A stretch of 64,000 nt of DNA from the NCBI GenBank assembly GCA_032718475.1, contig JAUCBJ010007147.1, positions 1 through 64,000 of the forward strand, written 5' to 3'. The DNA comes from Nemertoderma westbladi. Lineage: Eukaryota; Animalia; Xenacoelomorpha. This document shows, one piece after another, positions 40,053-53,039 of the stretch. Made by a program: the position numbers and the translations under genes. Numbering within the stretch: the stretch's first letter is position 1; every line of letters starts with the position of its first letter. Under the pieces are notes generated by a model, which searched no databases, was not told the origin of the DNA, and saw only the letters and a program-made list of their open reading frames with translations.

Positions 40053-43000
40053 ATGAGTGAATCGGGCGAGACACCGACGCGGACCCCGGACGAAGATCAA
40101 ACGATCCGCGAGGCCGCGACCAAGCGATACAGGCCCACGACGCCGGAGCCATCGATAACGGGCGAACCGGAAGTCCAGAACGAGGAGGGTCTGGAACCCG
40201 AAGTCGAGCCAAGGGAAAGGGAGAGCGAGACGGAGGGAGAAGGAGATGAGTCGACACGGAACGGAGAGCGGCGCGCCGATGTCGCCGGCCAGCTACCGGC
40301 CGAGGGCGACGAGCGACCCACCGAAACGGCGACGGTGGGGCCGACGGTGCGACGCCGGACGCAAAGAGACGGAGGAGAGATCGGCACCGATATCGCCGGC
40401 CAGCTACAGGCCGAGGGCGACGGACGGCCCACCGGAACGGCGACGGTGGAGCCGCCGGTACGACGTCGAACCCGGAGGGACGGAGGAGAGGTCGGCGACG
40501 AGGACGTCGGGGTCTCCGATCGACTTCGACGGGCCTACATCGCGACCCGGAGACTACTAGAGAAGGCCAGAAAAGGGAAAACGGTAGACGAGGTGAGACT
40601 GAGAAAGCGACTAGGTGAGTCGGATAGACACTTTAATTATCTGATACGTTTTGGGCAGAGAGAACTAGCCGAAACGAGAGCACGTGAGGTTGCCGGGGAA
40701 CTGTTTGAACTATGGGAATGTGGGAGTATGGAACCTAGCGTAGCGTCAGTGTACATAGGGCCATACTTGGTCGATGCCCGGGGAGTAAAACCAGTGGGTT
40801 GGAGGGGACTCGAAGGGGGCGAATCCGAGGTTAACCCCGAGGATTCGGCCTCGTCGGTCGGAGAAAGCTCCGGGAAGCGGGGGAAAGTTAGTAGGTCGGG
40901 AAGGCGGGGGAAGTCCGTCGTAACCGATAAGTCTGTTACATCCTCCGCGAAAGAAAGAGCGGTGAGAAAAATAGGTGCCGCATACCGTCTCAGCATGGCA
41001 GAGCAAGGTCAGAGAGAAATGGAGAAACGGCTAGAGGAGGGGAGAGTGCGGTTAGAGAGGGAAGCGGCATTGATTAAAGAAACCGGAGAGAGGGCCGAAA
41101 GGGCTTTGAAAAGCCTAAGGGAGTATGATGAGATAGAGGAAAGGGAGTGTAGGGAGCGTGAGGCGAGAGAGGAAAGGGAACGTAAGGAACGTGAAAGGGA
41201 ATGCAAGGAGTATGAAGCGAGAAGGGAAAAGGAACGCAAGGAGCGCGAAGTGAGACGAAGGGAGAGTATTAAGAGTGCAGCAGAGTCGGCCATCAGGGAC
41301 ACCCAGGAGTGTGAGAGGAGACTGGCAGTGGCTGAAAAGGAGCACAAGGAATTAGAGAGACGGCAGAGTGAGTCTGCGGGAAATAGAATTAGACGGGAGC
41401 ACGAGATGGAATTCGTGCGAGCGACGCCGTCTGAAAGCGGGGCCGGCTCGAGTATTTTTGAGGAGCCGGAGGCCGTAGACACATTTATTAATACCCCACT
41501 GACAGGGACCGCGCGACAGACCCAAAACTGGTGCGAGCGTACGGGCGGGGGGGGGGGGGGGGTAATAATAATAATGGTACAGTAGACGTTGTTAATATTG
41601 ATAATACCGTATGGGACAACACTAATCAAACCTTTGTTACAGGAAATACTTTGCCTAGTGGTAGTAATTTAAATTTAAATCAGAATAATCCCAATATTAA
41701 TGTAGGAAATAATTCTAATATTGACGTAGTTACGCAAAATAATTCAAATAATCAAAATAATAACCCAAATTCGAACCTACAAAATAATTTAAATAACGCA
41801 GTTACGCAAAATAATTCGAATAATTTAAATAATGACCTATGCCCGAATTTACAAAATAATTCAGATAACGTAGTCGCGCAGAATAATACAAATGATTTTG
41901 TTTCAAACGAGCAAATTAATTCCGTTTCCAATATGGGTGCTATTAATGTAAACACATCGGGCCTACATAACCGGGCGGAAGAGGGCCTGGTAGGTCACAT
42001 AGTCGGTAGCCAGACGGATGAGGGCCTGGTAGGCCACGTAGTTAGTAGACAGGGAGCAGAGGGCCTGGTAGGCCACGTAGTTAGTAGACAGGGAGCAGAG
42101 GGCCTGGTAGGCCACGTAGTTAGTAGACAGGGAGCAGAGGGCCTGGTAGGCCACGTAGTTGGTAGGCAGGGAGTAGAGGGCCTGGAAGGCCACGTAATAG
42201 CAGGGGGAGAGGCGGGGGTGAATAGACCCGACCGCAGTAGGGTTGATGTGTCGACTAGAGAGGTATATAATAGTGGGGAGAGAGGTAGCGAAGTTAGATG
42301 TAGCGAGTGGGGGGGGGCTACGAGGACCCCACAACAGAGAGTTAGCGGCGAGAGGGGGGGGGGGGGGGGGGCAGGGAGTGTCCCACAGCCGTCAGCGGAT
42401 AATGCGAGGGCCGAAATAGGTAAACCGCAACAACCGGCGACGGAAAGTAACAGGGGGATTGCGGGTATCCCCAGCGGCGTGCTACCGAGCAGAGAGAGAC
42501 AGGTTGACGTCCCGAGAGGGCGGACGAAGCGTCGAGCCCGATCAGAGGAGGGAAGAAGAACAGTGGGGTTTAACCGGGAGGTCGATGAGAGATCTCACGA
42601 GCGGGAATATTCCACTGATAGGAGAAGAAAGGAAGACAGTAGTAGAAGTATCGCCGCGAACGATAGAAGAGCGAGGACGGATAGCGAGCCGTCGGTAGTC
42701 GAGATGAGAACGGAGAGTCGGTGGGGTCGGACTCCGGGAGATTGCCGTCGCTCCGGAGAGATGCGATCCGGTGAGATGCATCACACGCCGAGAGAGGGGT
42801 ACACGATGTACCGGTACGAAGATGAGGACAGAAGAGAGGGGGGTCGAAGAGAAACTTTCCGACGGAATATACCTACCGATCGAGAATACGGTAGCCGCGG
42901 GGAGGATTATTCGCGAAGAATAAACTTCGATCCCGAGAGACACATGCAGACTGTAGGACATACTGTAGGCCTTACTGCACATACCATAGGCCATATTGAG

Positions 43001-46000
43001 AGAGGCTATGTAGGCGATAGGATAGCGCGGATGACGGAATTAAACCCGGAAGTCGCGGAATACATACCGGCGAGTAGGCCAGAAGCTGATAGGCCTATAC
43101 CGGTACCAGCACAGCAGTATGACTACAGCATGCAGGGACATAACATATACCCAGGGGAGGGGGGAATTATTGCGGATAGGTGCATGGGCCCCAACATATT
43201 AACATCAACCCCATTACCAAACATACCGGTGGGGGGGGGGGGACAGGGTGACATTCCCCCATCACAATATCAACAATATACCCCGATGGTAGCAAAAACA
43301 ACGAGACCCTTGGACGAAAACAGGTCGTGTGACACAGATATATGGAGGGGGCCGCTACCCCCGATGACGTACCCAAGCCAGAGAAAATCAAGAAATAGGA
43401 CAGACGGAACGCACCAGGCAGGGGAAACTATACAGCACCCGTCGAATCCATTGGAAGCGCAGGCGATATGGATGGCCACGTTGATCGATGCTCTGAAAAC
43501 GAGGATCGAGTTACCACCCGTGGAACCATTTAAGTTCGATGGGAGTAGGCCGGAAGAATATTTACAGTTTCGGCGAATGTATAGTAACGAAATACTAACA
43601 AAAAACTTGACGCAGGCGGAGTGCCTAAAGTATCTACAAGTGTACACGGGAGGCCCAGCATACGACATCGTGAGGCAATATCAGGGAATAGAGGGCGGCT
43701 TCACGACAGCATGGCGGGCACTGGATAGGGAATACGGGCACCCGGCCAAGATCATCAGGCAGACGCTGAGAGGCATAACATCGGGTGGCCTACAGGATAA
43801 CCCCGTTAGCATTAAGACGTTTGCAAACAAAGTCGAGAAGGCGCTGATCGTGCTGAAGACGCTAGACGCGCCATACGAGCTCAACGCGTCCAATAACATC
43901 ACCACGATAGCGCAGGCACTACCAAACTGGCTGCGCAACAACTGGAGGAAGATCGCTTTCTCCACTCGAGACAAGAAGGGTGCGGAACCGGGTTTAGAAG
44001 AAATGTCAAACTTCTTAAATTACGAGGCTGAACTAATAAAGGACCCAGTCTATAGTGAAGATAGCCTGGGAAAGGGACCAAAGGCGGATCACTACAGGCC
44101 GAAACCAGAGCACAATACATCAAACGCATTGCCGAGGCTCAGGCAATCATTGCCATACGCAGCGACGCAGGGGACTGCAAGTCCACAGGCAAACGAAGAT
44201 AAGACAACATCATGGAACGGACAGGGGAACAATAACAACATGAATAAACATAACCCCAGTACGTCCAGTAGGCCAAACCCAGTCAATAAGAATAGTAGGG
44301 ACTTTGGTACGAATATAACTGCGATACGCAATGCATTGTATAAAGAGGGCTACGACCCAAAGAGCAAATGCCAGTTACACGCAAATGCGCTTCATAAAAC
44401 CATGAACTGCAGGTAATGGCAGGCGCTACCGAGGCAAGACCAGATAGATTACGCGTCGAGCAATAAAATCTGCTCGCGATGTGTGAAGAGTGGACACAAG
44501 GCCAGGGAATGCCAAGAGAAGCCGGTCAAGTTTGGCCAAAGGAGAGGCCAAACGATGGCAACGAGCACGGTAGGGGCGAAGAAGAGAGGCACGGTGTTAC
44601 TTGGAGTAGTACCGGTGCGAGTGATCGGGGAAGGCAATCGATCAGTAACAACACTAATGCTGGTTGATAGTGGAGCTGCCTTCACATTAGTCGAGGAATG
44701 GGTAGCCGAAGAAATAGGATTGAGAACAAGGCCAAGCAGAATGGCGGTAACAACCATCTCTAGCAAAGATGAGATCCTAGAGATGAGGACAGGACGGTGC
44801 GCAATTGCAGCAGTGGCACCAGGATGCGATTATGGGGCAACCATCGACCCCATCCAAGTAATAGAGTCAATTAACATCAATGCCAGGCGGCCAACCAACA
44901 TCGAGGTCGAGCAATACAAATTCCTGGACGACATTGACTTCTCGATCCCAGACGTGGACGTTAGGAAGGTATCCATCATAGTAGGAATGGACTGCCCGAC
45001 GGCCCACGAAAGAATGCAAACGGTCTTCGGCGAAGACAAGCAGAGTGACCCGGTGGCCATATTAACACCATTCGGGTGGACGCTGAGTGGTCCAATTAAG
45101 AGCAAGATACCATTCAGGATGTCGGAGACATCAGGATGCATGTTCGCGGGAACAATGCAGGAAATGGGTGATGAGGGAGCAGAGGAGCAGCTTAAAAGAC
45201 TGCTCAGACAAGACTTTGAGGGACTGAAAGAGACCGGGGTCGGGACCTCGGTAGAAGACAAGCAGGCTCTACAAAGCGTGGAGGAATCGATGACGTGTGA
45301 TGAGGGGCGGTATACAATAGGAATGGTATGGAAACTACCGAAAATACCGCTACCCAATAATAGAGGGATGGTACTCACGAGACTCCGCAAGCTGAAACAA
45401 ACACTAAAACGGAGCCCCGAGAAGAACGAGTACATTCACAAAACGATTAAGAAGTACGTTGAGAAAGGATGGGCCGTGGAGTTACCGGTCGACGAGCCGA
45501 ACACGGACAGGACATACTACCTGCCACTCCACGTAGCTTTAGACCCAAAGAAAGGTCAACTTAGGATGGTAGTCGATGCATCGGCAAAGACCGACGGAAA
45601 GTGCTTAAACGACTACCTACTAGAGGGCCCAAACATATACAATTCGGGCATAGAAGTACTACTTAGATTTAGGAATGGGAAACACGCCTTCACGTGCGAC
45701 ATAGAAGGCATGTTCAACCAAGTCCGTGTAACAGAGGAAGATAGCGACAGTCAACGCTTCTTATGGTATAACGGCGAGGAAGAACCGCCTATAATACCGG
45801 CATATAAGATGGTAGTACAAAACATGGGGGCCAAGTCGTCCTCATTTACGACGACTATGGCAGTGAGAGACACGGTCAAGGGGAAGGAAGATAGATACAG
45901 CAGTAGGGCCGTCGATATGATCCGACGCGGCTTCTACGTAGACGACGGTATGGAGTCTGGAAATACGGTTGAGGAGATACTGGAAACAGGGCGCGAGGTT

Positions 46001-48574
46001 CGCGACATCCTGAAAGGATCCGGCTTCAACCTGACCAAATTCCAATCCAGTTCAGAAGAATTTATCAAGGCAATAGAGGACAAGAAACCAGAATCGACCA
46101 TGGACAACCCTACAACAGCCAAAGGACAGGACATGGCGAATAATAGAACACAATCTCAGCAAAAGGCATTGGGAATCGTGTGGGATAGAGGAACAGACGA
46201 ACTGAAGTATCAGCTGAGCCAGGAGGGCGCAGACACCCATACGAAGAGGGGTTATGTATCGTATATAGCAAGGATATACGATCCCCTAGGCCTAGCATCC
46301 CCATTACTAGTCACGGGGAAACAGATACTCAAGAGAGTATATAAATTGAAAGATGAGTGGGACGTAGAGGTACCAGAGGACATCAAGAAACAGTGGAGCA
46401 AATGGACAGGAGACTTGGAGAGGATGGGAACATACAACATGCCGCGAGTGTATTTTCCGGATGGGAACATGACGAATCTGGACCTACACATGTTCTCCGA
46501 CGCGTCGTTGGAAGCGTACGGAGCGGCACTCTACTTAGTACAACGAGAAGGGGCTCACAAGCCAAGGCTAGCCTTTAGCAAAGCAAAGTCAACGCCGCCA
46601 GATTCAGCATCTGTTCCCAAGTTAGAATTGACAGCTGCGAGACTAGGAGTAAGAGCCACAGCCTACCTAGTGGATACTATTCCCAACATAGTGGAGACAC
46701 ACTACTGGACGGACTCCATGGTAGTGCTTGGTTGGCTACACAACGAAAAGACGAGATACCCGATATTCGTCGCGAATAGAGTGGACGAAATCAGGGCGAG
46801 CACAGAACTGGAAAGGTGGCACTACTGCCCAACAGACGAGAACCCAGCGGACTTGCTGTCGAGGGGCGTGGAACGCCACACTTTCTTAAAGAAGGAAGTA
46901 TTGTGGCAACATGGGCCACAATTTCTGAGTGATAAAGAGGCCTGGCCGCCAATGAGAAAGGTGGAGCCGGGCTCAGAAGTGGTGTCAGAGGGAGAAGAGG
47001 GAGACTCAGAGGGAGAAGAGATATACTCCCAGATGGTAAGGGAGATTAGGGACGTGCAACCAAAGCAAGAACTATGCGATAACCCGACGGACAAACTCCT
47101 CAGCTACAGTTCTAGTTGGTACAAGACCAAGAAACTAGTGGCGTACTGGAGAGCTTTCGGGAATTTCCTCGCGGGAGTTAATAAGGAGAAGAAAACCAGG
47201 GAAACCATAGATCTGGAAGGAGCGGCCAAGGCAATAATCCGCTACGAACAACGGAAGAACTACAGCAACGATGTGGAACGTGTCGGCAACCAACAGCACC
47301 TCTGACGGGACAGCGAGTTGATTACGCTATCGCCACAACTCAACGACGATGGGATTCTAGTAATGAATTCTAGGGTGGGATATAACAACAGCATAATCGT
47401 GCCACCGAAACCCATCATCATTCCCACAGGATCGCCTATAGTCCACCAGATCATATGGGACTCCCACAAATCGATATTGCATGGGGGCACCAACCGAACC
47501 CTCACAGAGATAAGGAGGACCTATTGGGTCAAACAATTAAGGAAGAAGGTTAAAGCGGTAGTGGGGCAGTGCCAGACCTGCCGACGGGCGAAGAAGGAAC
47601 GAGCCATACAGGAGATGGCGCCACTACCGGCGAGTAGGGTAAGGCAGCACGACCCGCCATTTACGCATTGCGGTGTGGACATGTTCGGGCCGATAAAGAT
47701 CAAGGTGATGCGACACACGGAGAAACGCTACGGTATTATCTTCGTATGCAACAATACGCGGGCGGTAGGGATAGAACTCGCCCAAGATGCAACCGCATCA
47801 GCATTCATTAACGCCTTAGAAAGGTTTAGGGACCGCAAAGGTGGGACGATCGCAGTGATATACAGCGACAACGGCACCAACTTTGTGGGCGCAGAGAGTG
47901 AGATGGCAGAAGCCTTGGACATCTTAGAAGGAGAAGAAGTCAGGGCGGCCATGAGAAGACGACAAGTAAAGTGGGAAAGAAGGACGCCGTATGCACCACA
48001 TACACTAGGATGCGTCGAGAGACTGGTGGGCAGTTCAAAGCGTCTAATGACGAAGTTAATGAACACCCACATGGTCACTGAAGACGTCTTACGGACAGTA
48101 CTTGCGAAGTGCGAGGGGATCATTAATAGCAGACCGCTATATCCGGAGAATGATGACCCTGAGTCATTAGACGTGTTGACGCCTAGCCATTTCCTGATGG
48201 AAAGGCCAGCGACCATCGATATGCGGGGTGTAGACCCAGATGACATACACTCCCGCCAAAGTTGGAAAGTCGCTAAAGCAATAAGCGCAGAGTATTGGAG
48301 GAGGTGGGTCGAGGAATACCCACCCACGCTCCATAAGCGAAGCAAGTGGAGGAAACCGAACCGGGAGTTAGAAGTAGGAGATCTCGTAATCGTTACGGAT
48401 GATACTATCATCAACAACCAGTGGCGGTTGGCGAGAGTCGTACGCACTTACTCCGATGAGGACGGAAGAGTCCGATCGGTAGAAGTGCGAATAGGTGGGA
48501 AGATAGGTGCGAAGGACAGAAAAACCTACAGGAGAGCGGTAGGTAAATGCTGTCTCCTAGAAGGGGCACCTTAG
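40053..48574 (+). pseudogene. Gag-Pol polyprotein of B (~2800 codons; a frame break at a poly-G run and two in-frame stops)
   Basis: ORFs at 41531, 44483 and 47318 share one frame, split by TAA 44414 and TGA 47303. Motifs: Gag FKFDG, protease DSGA, RT CDIEGMF and YVDD, Pao RNase H FSDAS..AYGA and WTDS, integrase HHCC, DMFGP, SDNGTNF. Confidence 0.93.
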
Positions 48575-48669
48575 AGTGGAGTTACAGAAAAGTTTAGTCG
48601 TCCAAGTTTTGGACTGAGGGGGGCAAGACGCCCTTTCCACACAAATAAAATAAAAATAAAATAAAAAAT

Positions 48670-49290
48670 AGTTAGTTAGTTAGTAGGTACGTAGTGCCTA
48701 GAGTTAGAGAGTAGGTACGTAGTACCTAGAGTTAGTTAGTTAGTTAGTAGGTACGTAGTACCTAGAGTTAGTTAGTAGGTACGTAGTGCCTAGAGTTAGA
48801 GAGTTAGTAGGTACGTAGTACCTAGAGTTAGTTAGTTAGTAGGTACGTAGTGCCTAGAGTTAGAGAGTAGGTACGTAGTACCTAGAGTTAGTTAGTTAGT
48901 TAGCAGGTACGTAGTACCTAGAGTTAGTTAGTAGGTACGTAGTGCCTAGAGTTAGAGAGTTAGTAGGTACGTAGTACCTAGAGTTAGTTAGTTAGTAGGT
49001 ACGTAGTGCCTAGAGTTAGAGAGTTAGTAGGTACGTAGTACCTAGAGTTAGTTAGTTAGTAGGTACGTAGTGCCTAGAGTTAGTTAGTTAGTAGGTACGT
49101 AGTACCTAGAGTTAGAGAGTCAGTTAGAGGGTACGTAGTACCGCCAGTTAGAGTTAGAGTTAGAGGGTACGTAGTACCGCTAGTTAGAGTTAGAGTTAGA
49201 GGGTACGTAGTACCGCCAGTTAGAGTTAGAGTTAGTAGGTACGTAGTACCGTTAGTTAGAGTTAGAGGGTACGCAGTACCATTAGTTAGA
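48670..49290 (+). repeat. Tandem array between pol and ORF3 of B
   Basis: About 20 units of (GTTA)n-GTAGGTACGTAGTACCTAGA, each a small imperfect palindrome. Confidence 0.9.
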
Positions 49291-49775
49291 AGAGAGAGAG
49301 TAAGAGGTAAAAGGGGTAAATAGGATATAGATATTAGTTAGCAGTAAGTAGAGTTAGTAGCGAAAGGGGGGCATGTGAGTACAGCTGGGTAAGTCGTGTG
49401 GCCACACGACGTATACTGCTGTACTGCATAGGCCCACAAAGTAGGCCAGAATATGGATTAGAGAATAGAATAATCCATAGGCAGTAATAGGTAGTAAGAC
49501 AGTAGAATTAAAATAAATAGAATAGGGCTGAAAGTTAGAAAATAGTGGCAACACAAGGGAAGTCGTTCTAGAACATAATAAAAGTAACGGACAGAAATTG
49601 TAAATTAGGCTCATTTACTAGCTTCAAAATTAATTAGGTTAAATTTAGGCTAAAAGGCGCAATTAAGTAGAAAGTAGGCCATTATCGAACCGTACGAAAC
49701 ATCTTAATACATCACTCATCTGTATAGCGCCTTGGTAAGGCACCACCCTGCAGGTGAGCGAGTGTAGTGTTCGGA

Positions 49776-52325
49776 ATGGCGAGTAAGTTGATCAGGAAGA
49801 GGAAGGCGGAGTCAGGAGGAAAAGAAATACTGGTGGATTTCACCGAAAGACACCCGGAAGAGAAGACGAGAGAATACTACGAGAAGTTGGAAAGGGGTCA
49901 CGCGGCACGAGCGCTGCAGGACCACTTCCGGGAGATGCACGAGCAGCGGCTGGTCGGGACCTACGGAACGCTGTCGCTGGACAACGCGATCTTCCAACAC
50001 TTCCACTACGTGGTGAAAGGGGACGAGGCGAAGTTCGGGATTCCGAAGTATCCGAGGGAATCACCGAGGAAGGACTGGAAGAGGTTCATAGAGTCCGTCA
50101 ACAGGGGAGGATATATGATCCTAGATGACGAGGGAACCGTGGAAGACGAGGCGGATTCGAGACGAGGATCAGCGGGGTCGGCCAGGACCATACTCCTACA
50201 TTTGGCCGCGCCAAATGGGGACATCTTCCTATTCGATTTAGGGACGTATGGGAAGAAGGACGGGCCGAAACTGAGTCAGTTACCGAAAGCGGTACAAGTC
50301 TTGGTAAGAGAGAAGTCGACGACGAAAGTGGGATCGGCGATTCGCGAGGATGCGGAAAGGATCATCGGTCCGGACGCCACCAACCTCCTGGATATGCAGA
50401 AGGTCTTTATGGCTATGACGGCACCGGATGGGTTGGGGCTAGTCGAAAACACAGGTCTATGCGGGGCAGTGGCGATGGGCCAACTATTGGGGCTCGTATG
50501 TCACAAACCGATGGACTGGGGGAAGTTTAGGGAAGAATACGGAGCAGAACAAGCGAACTCGCTAAAGTGGGGAACGAGACCGGGAAAGCAGGAGGTATAT
50601 CAATTTCGCAGAGGAGCGATAAAGGTATATCAGAAGCGATATATCTTGCAAGAAGACTGGATTATGATAAGTTTGCTTAACTTATTTATGACCGTAGTCA
50701 TCGAGAGGGAACCAGGAGCATTTCTGTTATCGGGATCACCCCTAAGCTGCAGGAGAGCCTTTAAAGTGGCCTTTGACGGTCTGGTAGACCACCCGGGGCT
50801 GAAGGGCGAGTCGGTGTACTACAACAGCCGACATCTGGTAGACGGGGAGACAGATACACCGTATCAGAGATGGGAGCAGCTAGAGGCGGACAGACGAGAA
50901 GCAAAGCGACTGGAAGAAGTCGCTAGACGGGAGAGGATAGAAGCAGAGGAGAGGGAAGAGGAGGCCAGGGCACAGAGTTACGGCTTCGAGGAACAGGCGG
51001 GCCTAGACGAACTTCATTGGACTTTGTCAGGGAGTTCGGGGGAGTCTCTAGGGCGAGAATTGGGATGGACGGTGGGATCGCCGAAACAGTCGACGTCGGG
51101 GTTGCAAACGATGCCCATACCAGCGGGCGCCGAGGGCGACCAACCGCCAAGGAAGCTAAGGGAGCTAGAGGGATGGAAAGCTACGGGCGAGAGCCAAGGC
51201 GGGAAAGGACATAGTGGATCCATCGGGATACCGGGATTGGAGACACTACCAGAAGAAGAGGACGACGACGACGAGTTCGGAGAGATGCCGCCCATCGAGA
51301 GGATAGGCCACTCGGACACGGACTGGGTTGGCGGAAGGGTGGTGACGGCCAGTGGGGCGAGGGCCTTCTGGAACAGATCCGGCAAGCGGACCTGGGTGCA
51401 CGAGGAGCCGGCGATGGATTTCGCGGGGAGCACCATCAGGTTGGGCGAGCAACCGGGGACGGCACCACGGATAGTATTCGGGGAGACGATGCCTGAGAGG
51501 GGCGGAGAGATCGACGTAAACAGGGAGACCAACGTAGAGAAGTTCGCCTACCAGCGACTCCACAGACTGCGGAGATCGCTTGGGACGAAAGACGAGGTGG
51601 GACGGGAGACATTGGTACTCGGCTGCGACTACTGTGGGAGACAGACCCATCAGGAAAGCAGCTGCCTATACCGGTTCCAAAAGGGAACCTTTTGTCTCTA
51701 CTGTAGAGAACCAAGCCACAGGATGGGGGCGTGTCCACGGTTGCACAACCGATGTCCAAAGTGCCACTTTCGGGGACACTACGGGCGCGAGTGCGACTGG
51801 ATGAGCGACGAGGAGAAGTTCACGAGGTTCGAGGAGTGGGCCGACGTCGGGGCCATGACGTGCCAGCGCATGAAGGCCCAAGAGTTCAAGTGGGGTTTCT
51901 TCCTTATCAATCAGGAGACCCACATGGAAATCATAAAGCGGAGGCTACCGTTTACCTACCAAGAGGTAGCAACGGCGGCGTCGTTCGCCGGAGTTATGAA
52001 CACGCAACGGTACCTGGACAGGTGGACGCCAGAGAACCGAAGGGAGTTCAGGGATTTCTTGGCGGAGCACGTACCAAAGGCAATGAAAATTATCCTATGG
52101 GACGCCACTAGAGGGAGACAACCGGGCCATTCTGAGGGGCCACCGGCGAAGCGATATCGGGCACTAATAACACCAGCGCCCAAGGAGCCAACGACCGGGA
52201 TTAGCAAGGAAGTGGCGGCGAAGGACCGAAAGCAGAAAGCGGATGATGCCAGAGGAACGGTGATAACCAAGAAACGGCCCAGGGAAGAGGACGCCAGGGG
52301 GAACTACCCCCGGAGGAACAGATAG
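49776..52325 (+). CDS. ORF3 of B (849 aa): DEDDy/WRN-like 3'-5' exonuclease domain, acidic linker, three CCHC zinc knuckles
   Basis: Open frame. ExoI-like ILDDEG, LLHLA, IFLFDL, LP..V..LV, KVGSAIRED, NLLDM and ExoIII-like QKRYILQE. Knuckles CDYC....H....C, CLYC....H....C, CPKC....H....C. The ATG is conserved in A and C. Confidence 0.75.
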   Translation: MASKLIRKRKAESGGKEILVDFTERHPEEKTREYYEKLERGHAARALQDHFREMHEQRLVGTYGTLSLDNAIFQHFHYVVKGDEAKFGIPKYPRESPRKDWKRFIESVNRGGYMILDDEGTVEDEADSRRGSAGSARTILLHLAAPNGDIFLFDLGTYGKKDGPKLSQLPKAVQVLVREKSTTKVGSAIREDAERIIGPDATNLLDMQKVFMAMTAPDGLGLVENTGLCGAVAMGQLLGLVCHKPMDWGKFREEYGAEQANSLKWGTRPGKQEVYQFRRGAIKVYQKRYILQEDWIMISLLNLFMTVVIEREPGAFLLSGSPLSCRRAFKVAFDGLVDHPGLKGESVYYNSRHLVDGETDTPYQRWEQLEADRREAKRLEEVARRERIEAEEREEEARAQSYGFEEQAGLDELHWTLSGSSGESLGRELGWTVGSPKQSTSGLQTMPIPAGAEGDQPPRKLRELEGWKATGESQGGKGHSGSIGIPGLETLPEEEDDDDEFGEMPPIERIGHSDTDWVGGRVVTASGARAFWNRSGKRTWVHEEPAMDFAGSTIRLGEQPGTAPRIVFGETMPERGGEIDVNRETNVEKFAYQRLHRLRRSLGTKDEVGRETLVLGCDYCGRQTHQESSCLYRFQKGTFCLYCREPSHRMGACPRLHNRCPKCHFRGHYGRECDWMSDEEKFTRFEEWADVGAMTCQRMKAQEFKWGFFLINQETHMEIIKRRLPFTYQEVATAASFAGVMNTQRYLDRWTPENRREFRDFLAEHVPKAMKIILWDATRGRQPGHSEGPPAKRYRALITPAPKEPTTGISKEVAAKDRKQKADDARGTVITKKRPREEDARGNYPRRNR

Positions 52326-53001
52326 GTTCCCAGAGTCGAGGGGGAGGGACTGGGACTTAGACGTGGTACGCCTGGCAGGCGCCGCGCGGGATGTACGAAC
52401 TATTAAGTACAAATTCAATTAATGCAAATAATCATATAAGTGCAATTTGTATGTACGTACGTAGTAATTAGTAATCTAGTAAAATACATACGTTTGGAGT
52501 AAGTACTATAGTCATACAACCTTTCTCAATTAGCTACTGGGACTGGGGGATAACTGACTATGGCACCATGGACGAGACAACTGACAATTTCACGCTTCTT
52601 GAGTGCGACGGCACGAGAGGGGGGGGAGGTTCGTCAGGAGAGATAAAACAGTCACAGTGGAGTTGAGGATCGGAGTAAGAGTGCGAAGTGCGGAGAGAGT
52701 GCGAACGCAATTCTAGTGTGGGGGGGGGGGAGAATAAGAGGCTGAGTGAGGGACGAGGAGGTCCGGGGGTATGAGAGAGTTAGGGTGAGAGTGGAGGGGA
52801 GATAGGGCGAAAGTGTTGGGGAAACAAAAGTCGCGTGAAGAGGTGAGCGCGATCGGCCCGACATGAGACGCCAGGCACACAGGGTAGCGTTATCATACCC
52901 ATAAGGGGCGGCCTGGAAAGCCGGCTCCTAGAGAAAAGAATTCCACCCCACACCCGATACTAGATCGGGATCCAGCGGGATTGTAACGCACTTTTTGGTT
53001 G

Positions 53002-53039
53002 ATGCTATCTTCTTACCGGGAAGATAGCATGGGGGGGAG
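53002..53039 (+). promoter_or_regulatory. Hairpin plus polypurine tract abutting the 3' LTR of B
   Basis: ATGCTATCTTC...GAAGATAGCAT stem, then GGGGGGGAG|TG. Equivalent in A at ~55691-55728. Confidence 0.8.

Noticed and set aside
41547-41562. Programmed frameshift at the Gag poly-G run
   Set aside because: The run is 16 G in B and 21 G in A, out of frame by different amounts. Homopolymer slippage or sequencing error is more likely.
49354-49614. Conserved antisense transmembrane ORF upstream of ORF3
   Set aside because: The frame is broken differently among copies. Hydrophobicity follows from pyrimidine bias, and substitutions fit a sense RNA structure better.
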